From: Selaginella moellendorffii
Lineage: Eukaryota; Plantae; Lycopodiophyta
Assembly (NCBI RefSeq): GCF_000143415.4
Contig: NW_003314305.1
Coordinates: forward strand, 867,709 to 931,708
Direction: 5' to 3'
DNA length: 64,000 nt
Shown here: one piece after another, positions 10,986 to 23,180 of the stretch
Numbering within the stretch: the stretch's first letter is position 1
Layout: each line of letters opens with the position of its first letter
The notes under the pieces: generated by a model
Databases searched by the model: none
What the model was told of the DNA's origin: nothing
Seen by the model: the letters and a program-made list of their open reading frames with translations, nothing else
Position numbers and translations under genes: made by a program

Positions 10986-13089
10986 CGCGCCAAGTTAGTT
11001 AGTAGCAACATACTTGCATTTGAACGGGTACGATTAATAAAAAACACCGTTTAAAACACGCATATAATACAGCGTTTAAACACCAAGAATATTTTTAAAA
11101 AACCCTAAAGAATATGCTTTCTTTAACTTAGGATTAGAGTTCATGTAAAATCAGGGTTCGTGGGATCCGAAAGCGCTGAGGTAAGTCCGGGATGGGGGGA
11201 GGAAGGCAGCCATGCTGGAGCTGGGCTCATGTTCTGAAACTGAGGCCGACATCCAAGACAAGCCACGGCGTGAGTCCATGGAAGTGTAAGTATTATTTAC
11301 ACCGGCGCGGCTGAACAAGTTCGTGCTCACCTTGGGGGTGTGAAAGGAAGGAATGTAGAGATTTGTATAGGACAGGTGCCACTGGAGGTGGTGAACAAGG
11401 CTCGGGCATCTTTTAATCGTGTGGAGCTCACGAAGAGCTCTATGATTGCAGTAAGTCCCCAAGAGAGACTTGCCTTAGCTCATGAGACTGAGGTTGGTGA
11501 GGTGAGCGACAGTGCCAGCTGCGGGGCAAGTGGTGGGGCTACCGGAGGGCTGGGCGAGGCGAGCAGCGGCAACGTTCCACTTTCCGGGAGCAACAGTCTT
11601 AAACAAAGTGCTGCACCGGCATTGGATGGTGACATTCGAAAGATGATGAAGTCTGCAAAGGTTCAATGTCTGGATGATGCAGTGGCCGAGTTCTTCTACA
11701 TTGAAAATATCCCTTTCAACACCATTCGAAGGCCAAATCTGAGGAAGTTGCTTCAAGCTGCTATCGACTTCAGCCCTGGAGCTCTTGCACAGATGATGGG
11801 ATATGAGAAGCTGCGGAGTACACAGCTAAAGAAGCTTTATGATAGTGTCAATGCTCGACTTGATCCAATCTGTGAGGGGTGGAGAAGATATGGAGTTAGC
11901 ATTGTCACTGATGGCTGGTTTGACAACTGTAGCCAATCCTTGATCAACTTCATGGCCTCCAACGTCCAGGGTTCGGTTTTCTTGAAGTTTGTAGATTCCG
12001 AGGGCAGAACAAAGATGGGAGAGTGGATTTGGGTCGAGTTGAAGAAAGTGATTCAAAAAGTTGGTGAAGAAAATGTTGTTCAAGTGATCACTGACAATGC
12101 ATCAAACTATGTGCAAATGGGAGAACTCATGACAGCTAAGTATCCTCACATTCTCCACAGCCGGTGTGTGTGCCATGTCTTGGACCTTCTCTTCGAAGAC
12201 ATCGGGAGCTTGTCGTGGGTACAACCACTAGTGAAAGGCTGCAACGAGGTGGTAACTTTTATCACCAAAAAACCTCGTGTTTTGGCTTTGTTTCGGAAGC
12301 TGAGCAATCAGGATCTCATCAAGCCGGTGAGCACAAGGTTCACTTACATGTTTCTAGTGATGTCTCAGCTCCTAAATCTAACGACCTTGGAGGCATTGAA
12401 GGAGATGGTTGTGAGCTCCGAGTGGCGGCGATTGGACGTCACAAAGACCGCCAAAGCCCAGCGCATTCAAACTCGGATCTTAGAAGAGACTCTAAACTCT
12501 TTTTGGACTAGGTGCCAGCACTTGTTGGTGCTGCTTGGACTGCTCCTCAAGGTCTTGAAGCTTGTGGACTGGGAGGGGGCAACTTCCAGTCTCATTTTCG
12601 AGGCTATGGACCGGATGAATGAGAAGCTTTCAGAGGCTGTTGAGACTGGGATTTTAGCCGAGGAAGAGGTTGAGGAGATCAACAGGTTCATGATGGAGGA
12701 TCATGGCGAGGGAGGCCAGAAAGCAGCTCGTTGGTTCCAGATGCATTCGATCTTGCATGGAGCTGCTTTTGTTTTGAACCCAACTTTTCTTCATCTCCCT
12801 CTCGACCAAGAGGCTCAGGAAGATTTTGTGGAGTACCTAAAGTTGTATTGCAAAGGAGTGTGAGACACAAAATCCCTAGGCCCCAAAGTAGAGCCGGAAA
12901 GGGCACCATGTGGTAGTGGCCGAAGCGAGAGCCAAACGAGCGTAACACGTTTGGACCAAAAGCTCCGACTTGAAAAGTCAAGAGCGGGAGTGGAACTCCC
13001 AACGAAGTGCTCGAGGAACGAGCACGAAGCGAGCAAAAGGCGAGGCTCCAAAAAGGGACCCAAAAGGACCAACACATGACACGTGGGAG

Positions 13090-13542
13090 TGTCCGAGATG
13101 GACTCGAGTTGGAGTCCGAAGTGGAGTCCGAGATGGACCCGAGTTGGAGTCCGAAGTGGAGTTCGAGATGGACCTGAGTTGGAGTCCGAAGTGGAGTCCG
13201 AGATGGACCCGAGTTGGAGTCCGAAGTGGAATCCGAGATGGACCCGAGATGGAGTCCGAGATGGAGTCCGAGATGGAGTCCGAGGTGGACCCGAGATGGA
13301 CCCGAAATGGAGTCCGAGATGGAGTCCGAGATGGACCCGAGATGGAGTCCGAGATGGAGTCCGAGATGGACCCGAGATGGACCCAAGATGGAGTCCGAGA
13401 TGGACCCGAGATGGAGTCCGAGATGGAGTCCGAGATGGACCCGAGATGGACCCAAGATGGAGTCCGAGATGGAGTCTGAGATGGAGTCTGAGATGGAGTC
13501 CGAAGTCGAGACCGAGACCGGGACCAAGACCGGGACCGAGAT

Positions 13543-13577
<35 letters not shown>

Positions 13578-13690
13578 TCGGGACCGAGACCGAGACCGAG
13601 GCCGAGGCCGAGACCGAGCCCGAGCCCGAGCCCGAGTCCGAGTCCGAGTCCGAGTCCGAGTCCGAGTCCGGAGCCTGAGTCCGGAGCCTG
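13090..13690. repeat. GC-rich tandem repeat in 5' LTR
   Basis: gagatggagtcc / gagatggaccc units followed by (ccgaga)n, (ccgagc)n and (ccgagt)n. Confidence 0.95.
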
Positions 13691-16600
13691 AGAGGGTGAA
13701 AGCCCAAAGCGTTCGTCTCCCAGACCCTGGGGGGTTTGGTGAGCTCCAAAAGTATAGTAGGGGGAGGACTGTAGTGGAGCCAGTTTGGCCAGGAAAGGCC
13801 AGTTTGGCCCAGGAAGGCCGGACCCAGTGTTGGGTGATGAGCTGCCCACTGGGAAGTCCAAGACTAGAGTGAACACGGACCGACAAGTGGGGTAGCTTGG
13901 TGAAGTGTTCAAGAGCCGGCTCTAGTTCCCCCGGGAGATCGACTGGCCGATGCTCCCAGTCCAAGTGTGGGTGGCACTACCTACTTGGATACCTGGTGTG
14001 GCTCAACGGAACCCGCTCTAAGCCCATGGCTAGAGCACCCAAGGGCAGAAGGCGAGGAGAGTACCCAGGTGGCTCGCATAAGGCCACGGTGTTCCGAAAT
14101 GTTGTCCCAAAGGCCCAGATTGTGGAAAGGAAGAGGAGCAGTCCTCTGGGGTAGTGACCAAGGACACAGTCGTGTGGTGAGGAAGTCCCAGAGGACCGTG
14201 GGACTTAGTGGTCGGGCCTGTGGGTCTCGATCCAGTGGCAGTGTTGGCAAACTCGGCCAGGGGCAGAAAGGGACTTAGTGGGGACTGACAGAGGGATATT
14301 AGGGAAGGCTATTCCCCTTGTCGGTGGGCATCCTAAGGATGCTAAGGAGTGGATCTGAGATGACCACTCACGGATGGTTTTCCTAGTCTTGGAGAGCCAA
14401 GACGGTGATGCAAGTGGTATTGGACTACCAGTGTGGCAAAGGTGATTGGGCATGGCCTTAGCGTAACGGGCTGCTATGTCAGTGGTACCTTTGAGTGTCG
14501 GTCATGGGATCGGACACGTGGAGCACTTGGACCAAGTGCAAATGTTGAGTGGCATGGATGCCATTCTCGGGGCTAGCAAGTCCCAAGTCCTGGATTGGAC
14601 TTATGGAGGTTGTGAATGAGACTCCTCCAAGTGGTCAGAGGTGTGGTTAAGTGACTAAAGTAGAATGGAAAATTTAGTCGCTTACAATTTGGTATCGGAG
14701 CTGTTCCTTAGTCCAACTTTTATTGGTGCTCAAGTATATCACCACTAGTGTTGGCATCGGAAGGTCCGAGGAGTGGGCCTATCCTTGAGGAGTAGCAAGT
14801 CGGGAAGACATGGCTCTCCATTACAGTTCATGTATGAACTTGTAGACGAGGTGGTGGATAGAAAAGGGCCAATAATGGAACGACTTTGGGATCTTGGGAA
14901 CAGTGCAAGGTTTTCCTCATTGAGTTGAGGATGTGATCCAGATGAGCATTTGTCTCAGCAAATTGGCTATGGTTGTTGTGGTAAACAACTAAAGTTGGGA
15001 TCACGGGAAAGATAGAGACTCCAAAACAATAAAGGAGTCACAAAATTATCCTCATATAGTTGAGGTTGGTGCTCATGAATGTGAGACCAGAGGTAATGAC
15101 CGTGGGAGGTCAAATACGGAAGAGGACTCAAGTCCTTGAAATGGTAGCCAGGGCTACCTTTAATAAATGCTGGAACAACCCAAGGAGTTGGGGGGTGTAC
15201 TTAGGGATGAGTTGGTGTTCTCATCACATGGACAAGTAGTCCTAAGGGGCAAAGGTTGCCCCCAGAGAACAAAATCAAGTGTCGGAGTAACACTTGTGAA
15301 AATAGTCCTTTTGAGTAGGACAGGAATGCAAGAAGTGTGTTCATGTGAGCTAGTGCCTCACAAGTAGGACCTTACGGGTCTGTGGATTAACTAAGTCCAA
15401 AACTGCTGGATGACTCAAGTAGAGTCAACGGATGGTCCTAAAAGGACTGATGGAAGCATTTGGACTGAGGTGTGTTGTACCCCACAAAGGATGGGAGGGG
15501 ATCATAGGATCCAAGGATGAGAACAGAGGGTATCTCATCGATGGCAAAATGTGCCATGCTAAAGTTATGGGAAAGGTGTTCCCAGAAGAAAACAACTTTG
15601 ACATAAAGTTGTGTGTGACCTCTATGGTGCAGTGCTAACGGATGGTTGGCATGAGAAAGAGCGGTGTTGGTCTTGGCAAAGACTTAGACACGAAGGGGAA
15701 ATGTCATAGAGGTAGGCTCGTGGAGCCGATGGTGTGGAGACACCAAATGTGCCAAGGTGTGATACCTTGAGGCTATGTTGGTGGGTTCATGAGAACCCCT
15801 TGCCAAAGGAATCCCAATGGAAATGGGAATAGCATAGCCTAAGCTGCAGAGCATACAGTTGGAGTGTGGTGACCCAGATAATGATGGAGGTGTGGAAGCA
15901 CTAGCAATGAGTTGTAGGACTTGACAACTACAAGGCAACTAAGCAAGAGGTGCAAAATAACTAGTTAAACGGGTAGAAGGTAGCTACCCAAGACTTCTTA
16001 ATAGCATAGGGAAGTTGGATATACCCTTACGGGGGATAAGTTGCTTGTGTTGCGATATAGTAAGTCAATGTCATAAAAGGAAATACTCATTGTCAAGAAA
16101 GCCATCATTGGGACACCCGAACACTCTAGAACACCAGAAGGTGGTGTTTGATGTCGCGAGAGCAATGGATAAAGCCCAAGGGACTAAGTCCCTAGCGAAT
16201 GATGGATAGAAGGTGCTATCCAAATGTCCAAGGTTGCGGAGACAGGAGAGGACTGTCTACCCGAGTTGGACAAAGCCAAAAATGGAATTTTGGCAAGGCT
16301 AGTGATGGGCATGTAAAGGCCCATAAGCAACAACGTAATCCCGGTGTGTGGGATTATAGGGTGAGCATACCTGGATTGAGGAACCACTCCCTAGGCTATT
16401 GGGTAGGTTCATCCCTAAGAATACTTGCTAAAGCATGATAGAAAGTGCAAAGCTATCCTCCTGGTCTGAAGGAGAATGACCAAAGGAAAGGTGTGAAGCC
16501 AAAAAGCAAGAAGTAAGGGGATAGAACCGAACCGTAGGAATCAAAGGGCATAACCAAGGTTTGTTATGCCAGCTGGGAGTGGAGAATCAAGTGGGGGCTT

Positions 16601-18605
16601 GAGGGTGTTGCCGTTAGCAACCGTGATGCCATGGAGAGTCTAAAATATGGAATTGTCCATGTTAGACTATGTGGCATTTGGAAGGCTTGCAAAAAGGGAG
16701 GCCTTAGCAAGCTGAGGGACAGAGTTCCTTCAAGGTTCCCAAAGACGATTCTAGGTAGCTTAGTACCTAGAAAGGCCAAGTGTAAATGGTTCATGGAACG
16801 CGCGAAATCAGAGTGGCGCAGCAGAAGCGTGGTCTTGAAGCTTGCCATGAGGCAAGGCTATCAAGGTTAGGGAAGTAGTTCTTGAGTGTTCAAAGAGAGG
16901 GCTTTGAACGAAAGTCGATGGTCAAGGACTTTCACGCTTATGCAGGAACCATGTTACAGTGGTCGGAGGACTTGCCAAGCAAGATTGGCACGTCGGGGGA
17001 ACAAATACCCTAGTTGAAGGTGATAACTTCAAAAAGGGTGGGCCATGGGGCCGAGCATGGAGGAGTCCATGCATGATCACAGACATGTCAAGTGAGAGGA
17101 CTTGGCAGTGTGGAGGAACTAGGTTCCTAAGCTGTGATCAATAGCGCGCTTTAAAAATAAGTTGGTGCACCGGCGTGGGGAGTCATGCCAGGCATCTTGT
17201 GTGATGCCGTCCGTAGATGCATATACGGAGGTTGGGTTCGAGTCCCGACCCTCTAGTGCTTGGGTTCGAGTCCCAAATCACTAGGGCGTGGTGATGGTTT
17301 GGAATATGAAGACACTCATATTTCGGTGGTCATGGACTCTCAGTGGGGAGACTGGTTTGGGCACACCGCCAAGCGAGGGATGCCTCGGAGTCATGATGCA
17401 CGGTTAGATTGCTTAGTGTGAAAGCTCGGCATATCTAACTTGAACGCTTTGGTGCGAGTGGCACCAAGGACGTGGTGAGTGAGATGGGGACACCTAATCT
17501 CAGTTGCTATGGACCCTTGGCCGGAAGGGCTGGCTTGGGCGCACCGCCAAGTGTGGGGGATGCCCCCGGGGTCGTAGTTAACAAATTAAAGGTCTGGAAG
17601 ACCTAGTACCTATTGGCAAACCTGTTAAGGTGCCGAGGTGAGATCACTAGGTGATCTTGTGGCTAAATAAGGACAAGGTCCTTGTTTGGGTTAAGGAATA
17701 AGGTTCCTAGTTCAAAGTGTTGATTTGAACTATTGATGATGATGTGGCTTGGTCAAGGTGACCAAGTGGGAAAAGCACCCTAGGGAAATGAGCTATGTCA
17801 TTGCGATGGCATAGTGTGTCCAAGGAAAGTAGTCTCTAAAGAGACCCATGGGAGGGTCACAAAGTTGGGCCGTGGATAGAGCCCACAGCAGAAGATGCTA
17901 AAGAGACTTACTAGGGGCGAACACCCTAGTCTTGGCAAAGCAGAGCCTTTGCTAAGGAATCACAAGAATACCTCAAGGAGGGAGGTAGAGATTCGATGTT
18001 GCTTGGTGCAACAATCAACGGATAGGAGCAAAAGATGAGTGGCCAAGATAGGGCCGTGGAATCCCTTGGAAGGAATCCAAGTGACAAAGTTAGGCAAGGA
18101 ACACTAATGTGTTGGACGCTAACAAATTCCGGAAAAGGAAGTGTGTTTCCAAGGATGAATTCCGAATTGCTCTGATTTGGCGAAAGTGGAAGCTCCAAGG
18201 GAGGGAGCGGTAAGGTAGCCAAATGATAGGGCTATGGACAGCCCTAGCACAAAGTATGATAAATGGAACTTAGTGCCCAAGGTGGCACGAAATAGAAAAG
18301 AGGATGATGGTGCCCTCAAGTAATGAGCTTCCTAGGATGGGGAAGTGGAGTTGCACAATCTGTGCAATGCAAGGTGTTGGAGACACCTAGGAAATTGACT
18401 TCCAAAAGTCAAAAGAGTAAAAGTTCCAAGGTGCAAACGTTCAATAGATGGAAATTGAGACTACTTGAGAAGGAGTAGTGGGATTGACTTAGAGAAGGGT
18501 CTCTAAGAGGTTTAGCGAGAACTAAACCAATAAAAGGAGAGAACCACTACATGTGGTCCAATCAGTCTCTAACTTGGAGAGACTACCCCCCTTAGAGGAT
18601 AGGTA

Positions 18606-18740
18606 AGGCATGGTGAGCCTTTAGTGTCAAACCATTGAGGAATATGCAAAAGGCATGGTGAGCCTTCAATGGCAAACCATTGACGAATATGGAGAAGGCA
18701 TGGTGAGCCTTCAATGTCAAACCATTGACAAATATTGGCT
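18606..18740 (+). repeat. 3 x 45-bp tandem repeat
   Basis: aggcatggtgagccttcaatg.caaaccattga... at 18606, 18651 and 18696. Confidence 0.9.
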
Positions 18741-19069
18741 AGGTGCCAAGGATGGAAATGGTAACACATGCGGGTGTTACTTTATAAAATGGTTTACCGT
18801 TCGATGAGGACATCGAACTTCGTCTATGGGTGGTGGAGTTGTGAGACACAAAATCCCTAGGCCCCAAAGTAGAGCCGAAAAGGGCGCCACGTGGTAGTGG
18901 CCGAAGCGAGAGCCAAACGAGCGTAACACGTTTGGACCAAAAGCTCCGACTTGAAAAGTCAAGAGCGGGAGTGGAACTCCCAACGAAGTGCTCGAGGAAC
19001 GAGCACGAAGCGAGCAAAAGGCGAGGCTCCAAAAAGGGACCCAAAAGGACCAACACATGACATGTGGGA

Positions 19070-19491
19070 GTGTCCGAGATGGACTCGAGTTGGAGTCCGA
19101 AGTGGAGTCCGAGATGGACCCGAGTTGGAGTCCGAAGTGGAGTTCGAGATGGACCTGAGTTGGAGTCCGAAGTGGAGTCCGAGATGGACCCGAGTTGGAG
19201 TCCGAGATGGACCCGAGTTGGAGTCCGAAGTGGAATCTGAGATGGACCCGAGATGGAGTCCGAGATGGAGTCCGAGATGGACCCGAGATGGAGTCCGAGA
19301 TGGAGTCCGAGATGGACCCGAGATGGACCCAAGATGGAGTCCGAGATGGAGTCCGAGATGGACCCGAGATGGAGTCCGAGATGGAGTCCGAGATGGACCC
19401 GAGATGGACCCAAGATGGAGTCCGAGATGGAGTCTGAGATGGAGTCCGAGATGGAGTCCGAAGTCGAGACCGAGACCGGGACCGAGACCGG

Positions 19492-19529
<38 letters not shown>

Positions 19530-19635
19530 TCGGGACCGAGACCGAGACCGAGGCCGAGACCGAGCCCGAGCCCGAGTCCGAGTCCGAGTCCGAGTCCGAG
19601 TCCGAGTCCGAGTCCGGAGCCTGAGTCCGGAGCCT
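19070..19635. repeat. GC-rich tandem repeat in 3' LTR
   Basis: Same units as 13090-13690 with a different copy number. Confidence 0.95.
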
Positions 19636-21434
19636 GAGAGGGTGAAAGCCCAAAGCGTTCGTCTCCCAGACCCTGGGGGGTTTGGTGAGCTCCAAAAGTA
19701 TAGTAGGGGGAGGACTGTAGTGGAGCCAGTTTGGCCAGGAAAGGCCAGTTTGGCCCAGGAAGGCCGGACCCAGTGTTGGGTGATGAGCTGCCCACTGGGA
19801 AGTCCAAGACTAGAGTGAACACGGACCGACAAGTGGGGTAGCTTGGTGAAGTGTTCAAGAGCCGGCTCTAGTTCCCCTGGGAGATCGACTGGCCGATGCT
19901 CCCAGTCCAAGTGTGGGTGGCACTACCTACTTGGATACCTGGTGTGGCTCAACGGAACCGCTCTAAGCCCATGGCTAGAGCACCCAAGGGCAGAAGGCGA
20001 GGAGAGTACCCAGGTGGCTCGCGTAAGGCCACGGTGTTCCGAAATGTTGTCCCAAAGGCCCAGACTGTGGAAAGGAAGAGGAGCAGTCCTCTGGGGTAGT
20101 GACCAAGGACACAGTCGTGTGGTGAGGAAGTCCCAGAGGACCGTGGGACTTAGTGGTCGGGCCTGTGGGTCTCGATCTAGTGGCAGTGTTGGCAAACACG
20201 GCCAGGGGCAGAAAGGGACTTAGTGGGGACTGACAGAGGGATATTGGGGAAGGCTATTCCCCTTTTCAGTGGGCATCCTAAGGATGCTAAGGAGTGGATC
20301 TGAGATGACCACTCACGGATGGTTTGCCTAGTCTTGGAAAGCCAAGACGGTGATGCAAGTGGTATTGGACTACCAGTGTGGCAAAGGTGATTGGGCATGG
20401 CCTTAGCGTAACGGGCTGCTATGTCGGTGGTACCTTTGAGTGTCGGTCATGGGATCGGACACGTGGAGCACTTGGACCAAGTGCAAATGTTGAGTGGCAT
20501 GGATGCCATTCTCGGGGCTAGCAAGTCCCAAGTCCTGGATTGGACTTATGGAGGTTGTGAATGAGACTCCTCCAAGTGGTCAGAGGTGTGGTTAAGTGAC
20601 TAAAGTAGAATGGAAAATTTAATCGCTTACAAGGAGATCGAGGACTTCAACACGAGCTACTGCACGAGTTTCAAAGTTTCCGTCAACAACTTGGCCATTT
20701 GTTCTCTTCGGAGGCAGCAAAGCAAGTGTGTATAAACTGTTTGTTTGTCAACTTTTTAGACTGATTCTCTTGTATAGATGGAGAACTGGAAACACCCGGT
20801 GAGTTGGTGGAGCAACTTTGGTGTAAGCACACTAAAACTTCAAAGGCTTGCTTTACGGATCTTGAGTCAACCAGTTTGTGCTTCACCATGTGAGCAAAAC
20901 TGGAGCTCATGGAGCATGATCCAGACGAAGAGGAGGTCTCAACTGCTCTCCAAATACTCGGAGAAGCTGGTTTTTGTGCACATAAATATGCGTGTCATAC
21001 AAAAGATCGAGTCCGGGAGTTTAAGGCTTATTGAGCATGATCTTGATAACCTTGAGCTTGAGCCTTAGTGGCAAAGGATCCTTGCACTTCAGGAAGTTGT
21101 TGAAGAACCTCTTCAACAACCTAATGACGACGGTGCTAGTGGTGATGATGTTTTAGATTCGGAGGATGAAGATTAGATTAAACTTATATTATATTATGTT
21201 AAATTTTGTTTAGTAACAGTTAATTATTTTTTAATTATATTAAAACTGAAAACCATTATACCCGTTCGAAAAAAAGCTAAATGGGTATTAAACGTTCAAT
21301 ACCCGTTCGAATCCGGTTGGGTTCGAATATGAGTAGCAAAACATTGGCCAAGAACCCTAAAAAGAATGGCTATGGTAGAAATTTCTCTTCTCTTTGAAAG
21401 AAGGCGCTGGTAGGGTTTGCGGATCGATCGATCG

Positions 21435-22306
21435 ATGAGTTCCATTCTTAGCGAGGGCGACGCCGAGAGCAGCAGAAGCAGTCTAGATCGACGAGAGCCG
21501 CGAGGGCCGGACGCTCTGGTGATCGCATTTCGGATATTTAGCGCTCTCACTGCGATCTCGGCCTTGCTGTACGAGTGTGATTTCGGTGGTGCGAGCCTTC
21601 AAGCATGGCTGCGATGTAAGTTTCTCTTCTCGTCCAACATCGAGCATAGATGGATGTTTCACCTTCGTTTCTACAGATATTTGAAGGGACTCTTCGCTGC
21701 TACGCGGTAGTGATCGCGCTCTTCGTCGCTGTGGCCGAGACCGAATGGGAATTCTTCTTGAAGTTCTGGCGTGTAAGTTCTAGAACCGCTTTTCTTCTGC
21801 TCTTTCGATGTGATTACTCGCTCGTTTTGTGCATAGGTTCTTGAGTACTGGGTTGGACGAGGCATGCTGCAAATTTTGTAAGCTTCTCTTACAAAATTTC
21901 TTTCTTCGCTCTTCTTTGTTAACGAGAGCTTTGTTTTGCAGTGTAGCAGTGATGACAAAGGCCCTATCAGATGAGCACAAGGACCGTGCTTATCAAGTGG
22001 TCTTTTCGGAAGTCGCTAGTGGAATGCTCCTGGGATGTGGTGCCGTTTACGTTGTAGCAGTGAGTATGCTTTTGTTCGTTTTCTTGGAGGTTTTACCACT
22101 GTTTTCTTCCATCAACTGGCAGGGCCTTTTGTGCATTAGAAAATTCAAGCGTTTCCGCATTGAAAAATCAAAAGGGCGCGAGAAGGCTGCTAAAGATCTC
22201 GAGGTATCTCTTGCGTAGATTTTGCGAATTGTGCTCTCATCTGGATTTGCAGGAGCTAGAAAAGAGAAGGGGTGAATTACAAGCCTTGCTCTCTGCAAGA
22301 GGTTGA
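21435..22306 (+). pseudogene. COPI-associated / TVP15-like membrane protein, frameshifted duplicate
   Basis: Near-identical to 33090-33968, but with an ~8-nt deletion in exon 1 at ~21570 (gctgtacgagtg vs gctgtgcactgcggtgagtg). Confidence 0.8.
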
Positions 22307-22476
22307 CGATTTATGTATTTCATGTAGTTTTACGTCTAAATGAGACTCAGGTTCTGGCATCTTCGCTATATGCTGATTTTGAGAGTGTAAGTTTTTAAAA
22401 TTTAGTTCAAAGATGCTTTGCCTGCAGGTTTGCAGGCATTCTTGCTTACATTTTGCTTACAGAACTATATCCAATT

Positions 22477-23180
22477 CTAACTTTGCGATTCTTCTTCTTC
22501 CTGCAGTAGCAGCTCTTGCGTCAGCTTTTTGAGATACGTGGCTTGTTTTAGAAGCTCGTGGCAGCAAAAGCCGATTGCTCCAATCGTCAACGCGGCTTCC
22601 GAATGCACTAGCTGGAAATCTCCGTAGATTTCTTCTGGAGGTGAGGTGTCGACGTCGTCTTTGATGCTAGACTCTTCAAACTGATTCTCTATGTCTGCAG
22701 TATGCTGGGCCTTGCTTCTTTTTTGGCGCAGGGACTGATAAGTGCACTCGAAAGTTTTTGAGAGGCCAATTTGGCTTATCTTTAGTTGGCGAGTGACACC
22801 ACCAGTGAACAGTTTGCCTTCTGACCGGAAGTCGACTGTTGCGAGGCTCAGGTAACTCACTCTGACTCTCCCAGAGCTTGCTATAGATATTGTCATGAAA
22901 CGGTGCGTGCCAGAAGTCAGGCTCTGCTCTTGCTTCGGCTGTAAGTTGTCTCAGACGTTCAACTCCATCTCTGATTGTTTGCTTCTTCTTTCTCAGCTCA
23001 GGTATCGTTGCTTTAAAGCACTCACTGCATTCTATGCTGTGCACGTCAAATATCACCTGCATGCATTCCTGGATTTTCTTCAAGTTAAGCTCGAGTTCCC
23101 TGCGTGCAAGTCTCACTGCTCTTCTGGAACAGATGAGTGCTTCAACAGGCCAAGAACAGGCCATTGCCATGCGAAGAACT
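22477..23180 (-). pseudogene. 3' fragment of FUSC/aromatic-acid-exporter-like gene
   Basis: Matches 34139-34815. A 17-bp deletion (aagagctccgtgatcct) at ~22858 shifts the frame; 5' part absent. Confidence 0.85.

Larger units (their letters stand above)
12859..20631 (+). mobile_element. Non-autonomous LTR retrotransposon (LARD-like, probably chromovirus-derived), 7773 bp
   Basis: LTRs 12859-14686 and 18840-20631 (TG...CA, nearly identical). TSD AGGAG (12854-12858 / 20632-20636). Met-tRNA PBS tggtatcggagc at 14690-14701; PPT at 18828-18839. The 4.15-kb interior has no ORF over 100 aa. Confidence 0.93.
11223..21176 (+). pseudogene. hAT transposase (BED finger remnant, DUF659-type core, dimerisation domain), split by LTR insertion
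   Basis: WKCKY..AHLGGVKGRNVEIC BED-like remnant (frameshifted). ORF 11340-12858 has SIVTDGW, VITDNASN and CVCHVLDL. The frame resumes at 20637 after the TSD, then an intron at ~20726-20777, then WWSNFG..LALRILSQPVCASPCEQNWS. In-frame TAG at 21066. Confidence 0.9.
11009..21331 (+). mobile_element. hAT DNA transposon, interrupted by an LTR element
   Basis: 8-bp TSD AGTAGCAA (11001-11008 / 21332-21339). The single-copy empty site is at ~32989-32996. Imperfect TIRs CATA(C/T)T(T/C)G, with subterminal GAACGGGTA at both ends. Confidence 0.93.

Noticed and set aside
17227-17284. tRNA gene or SINE
   Set aside because: Only T-arm-like hairpins; no cloverleaf, no suitably spaced A box, no poly(A) tail or TSD.
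18606-18740. Regularly spaced palindromic repeats resembling a CRISPR array
   Set aside because: Contiguous tandem units without unique spacers, no cas genes, eukaryotic TE context.
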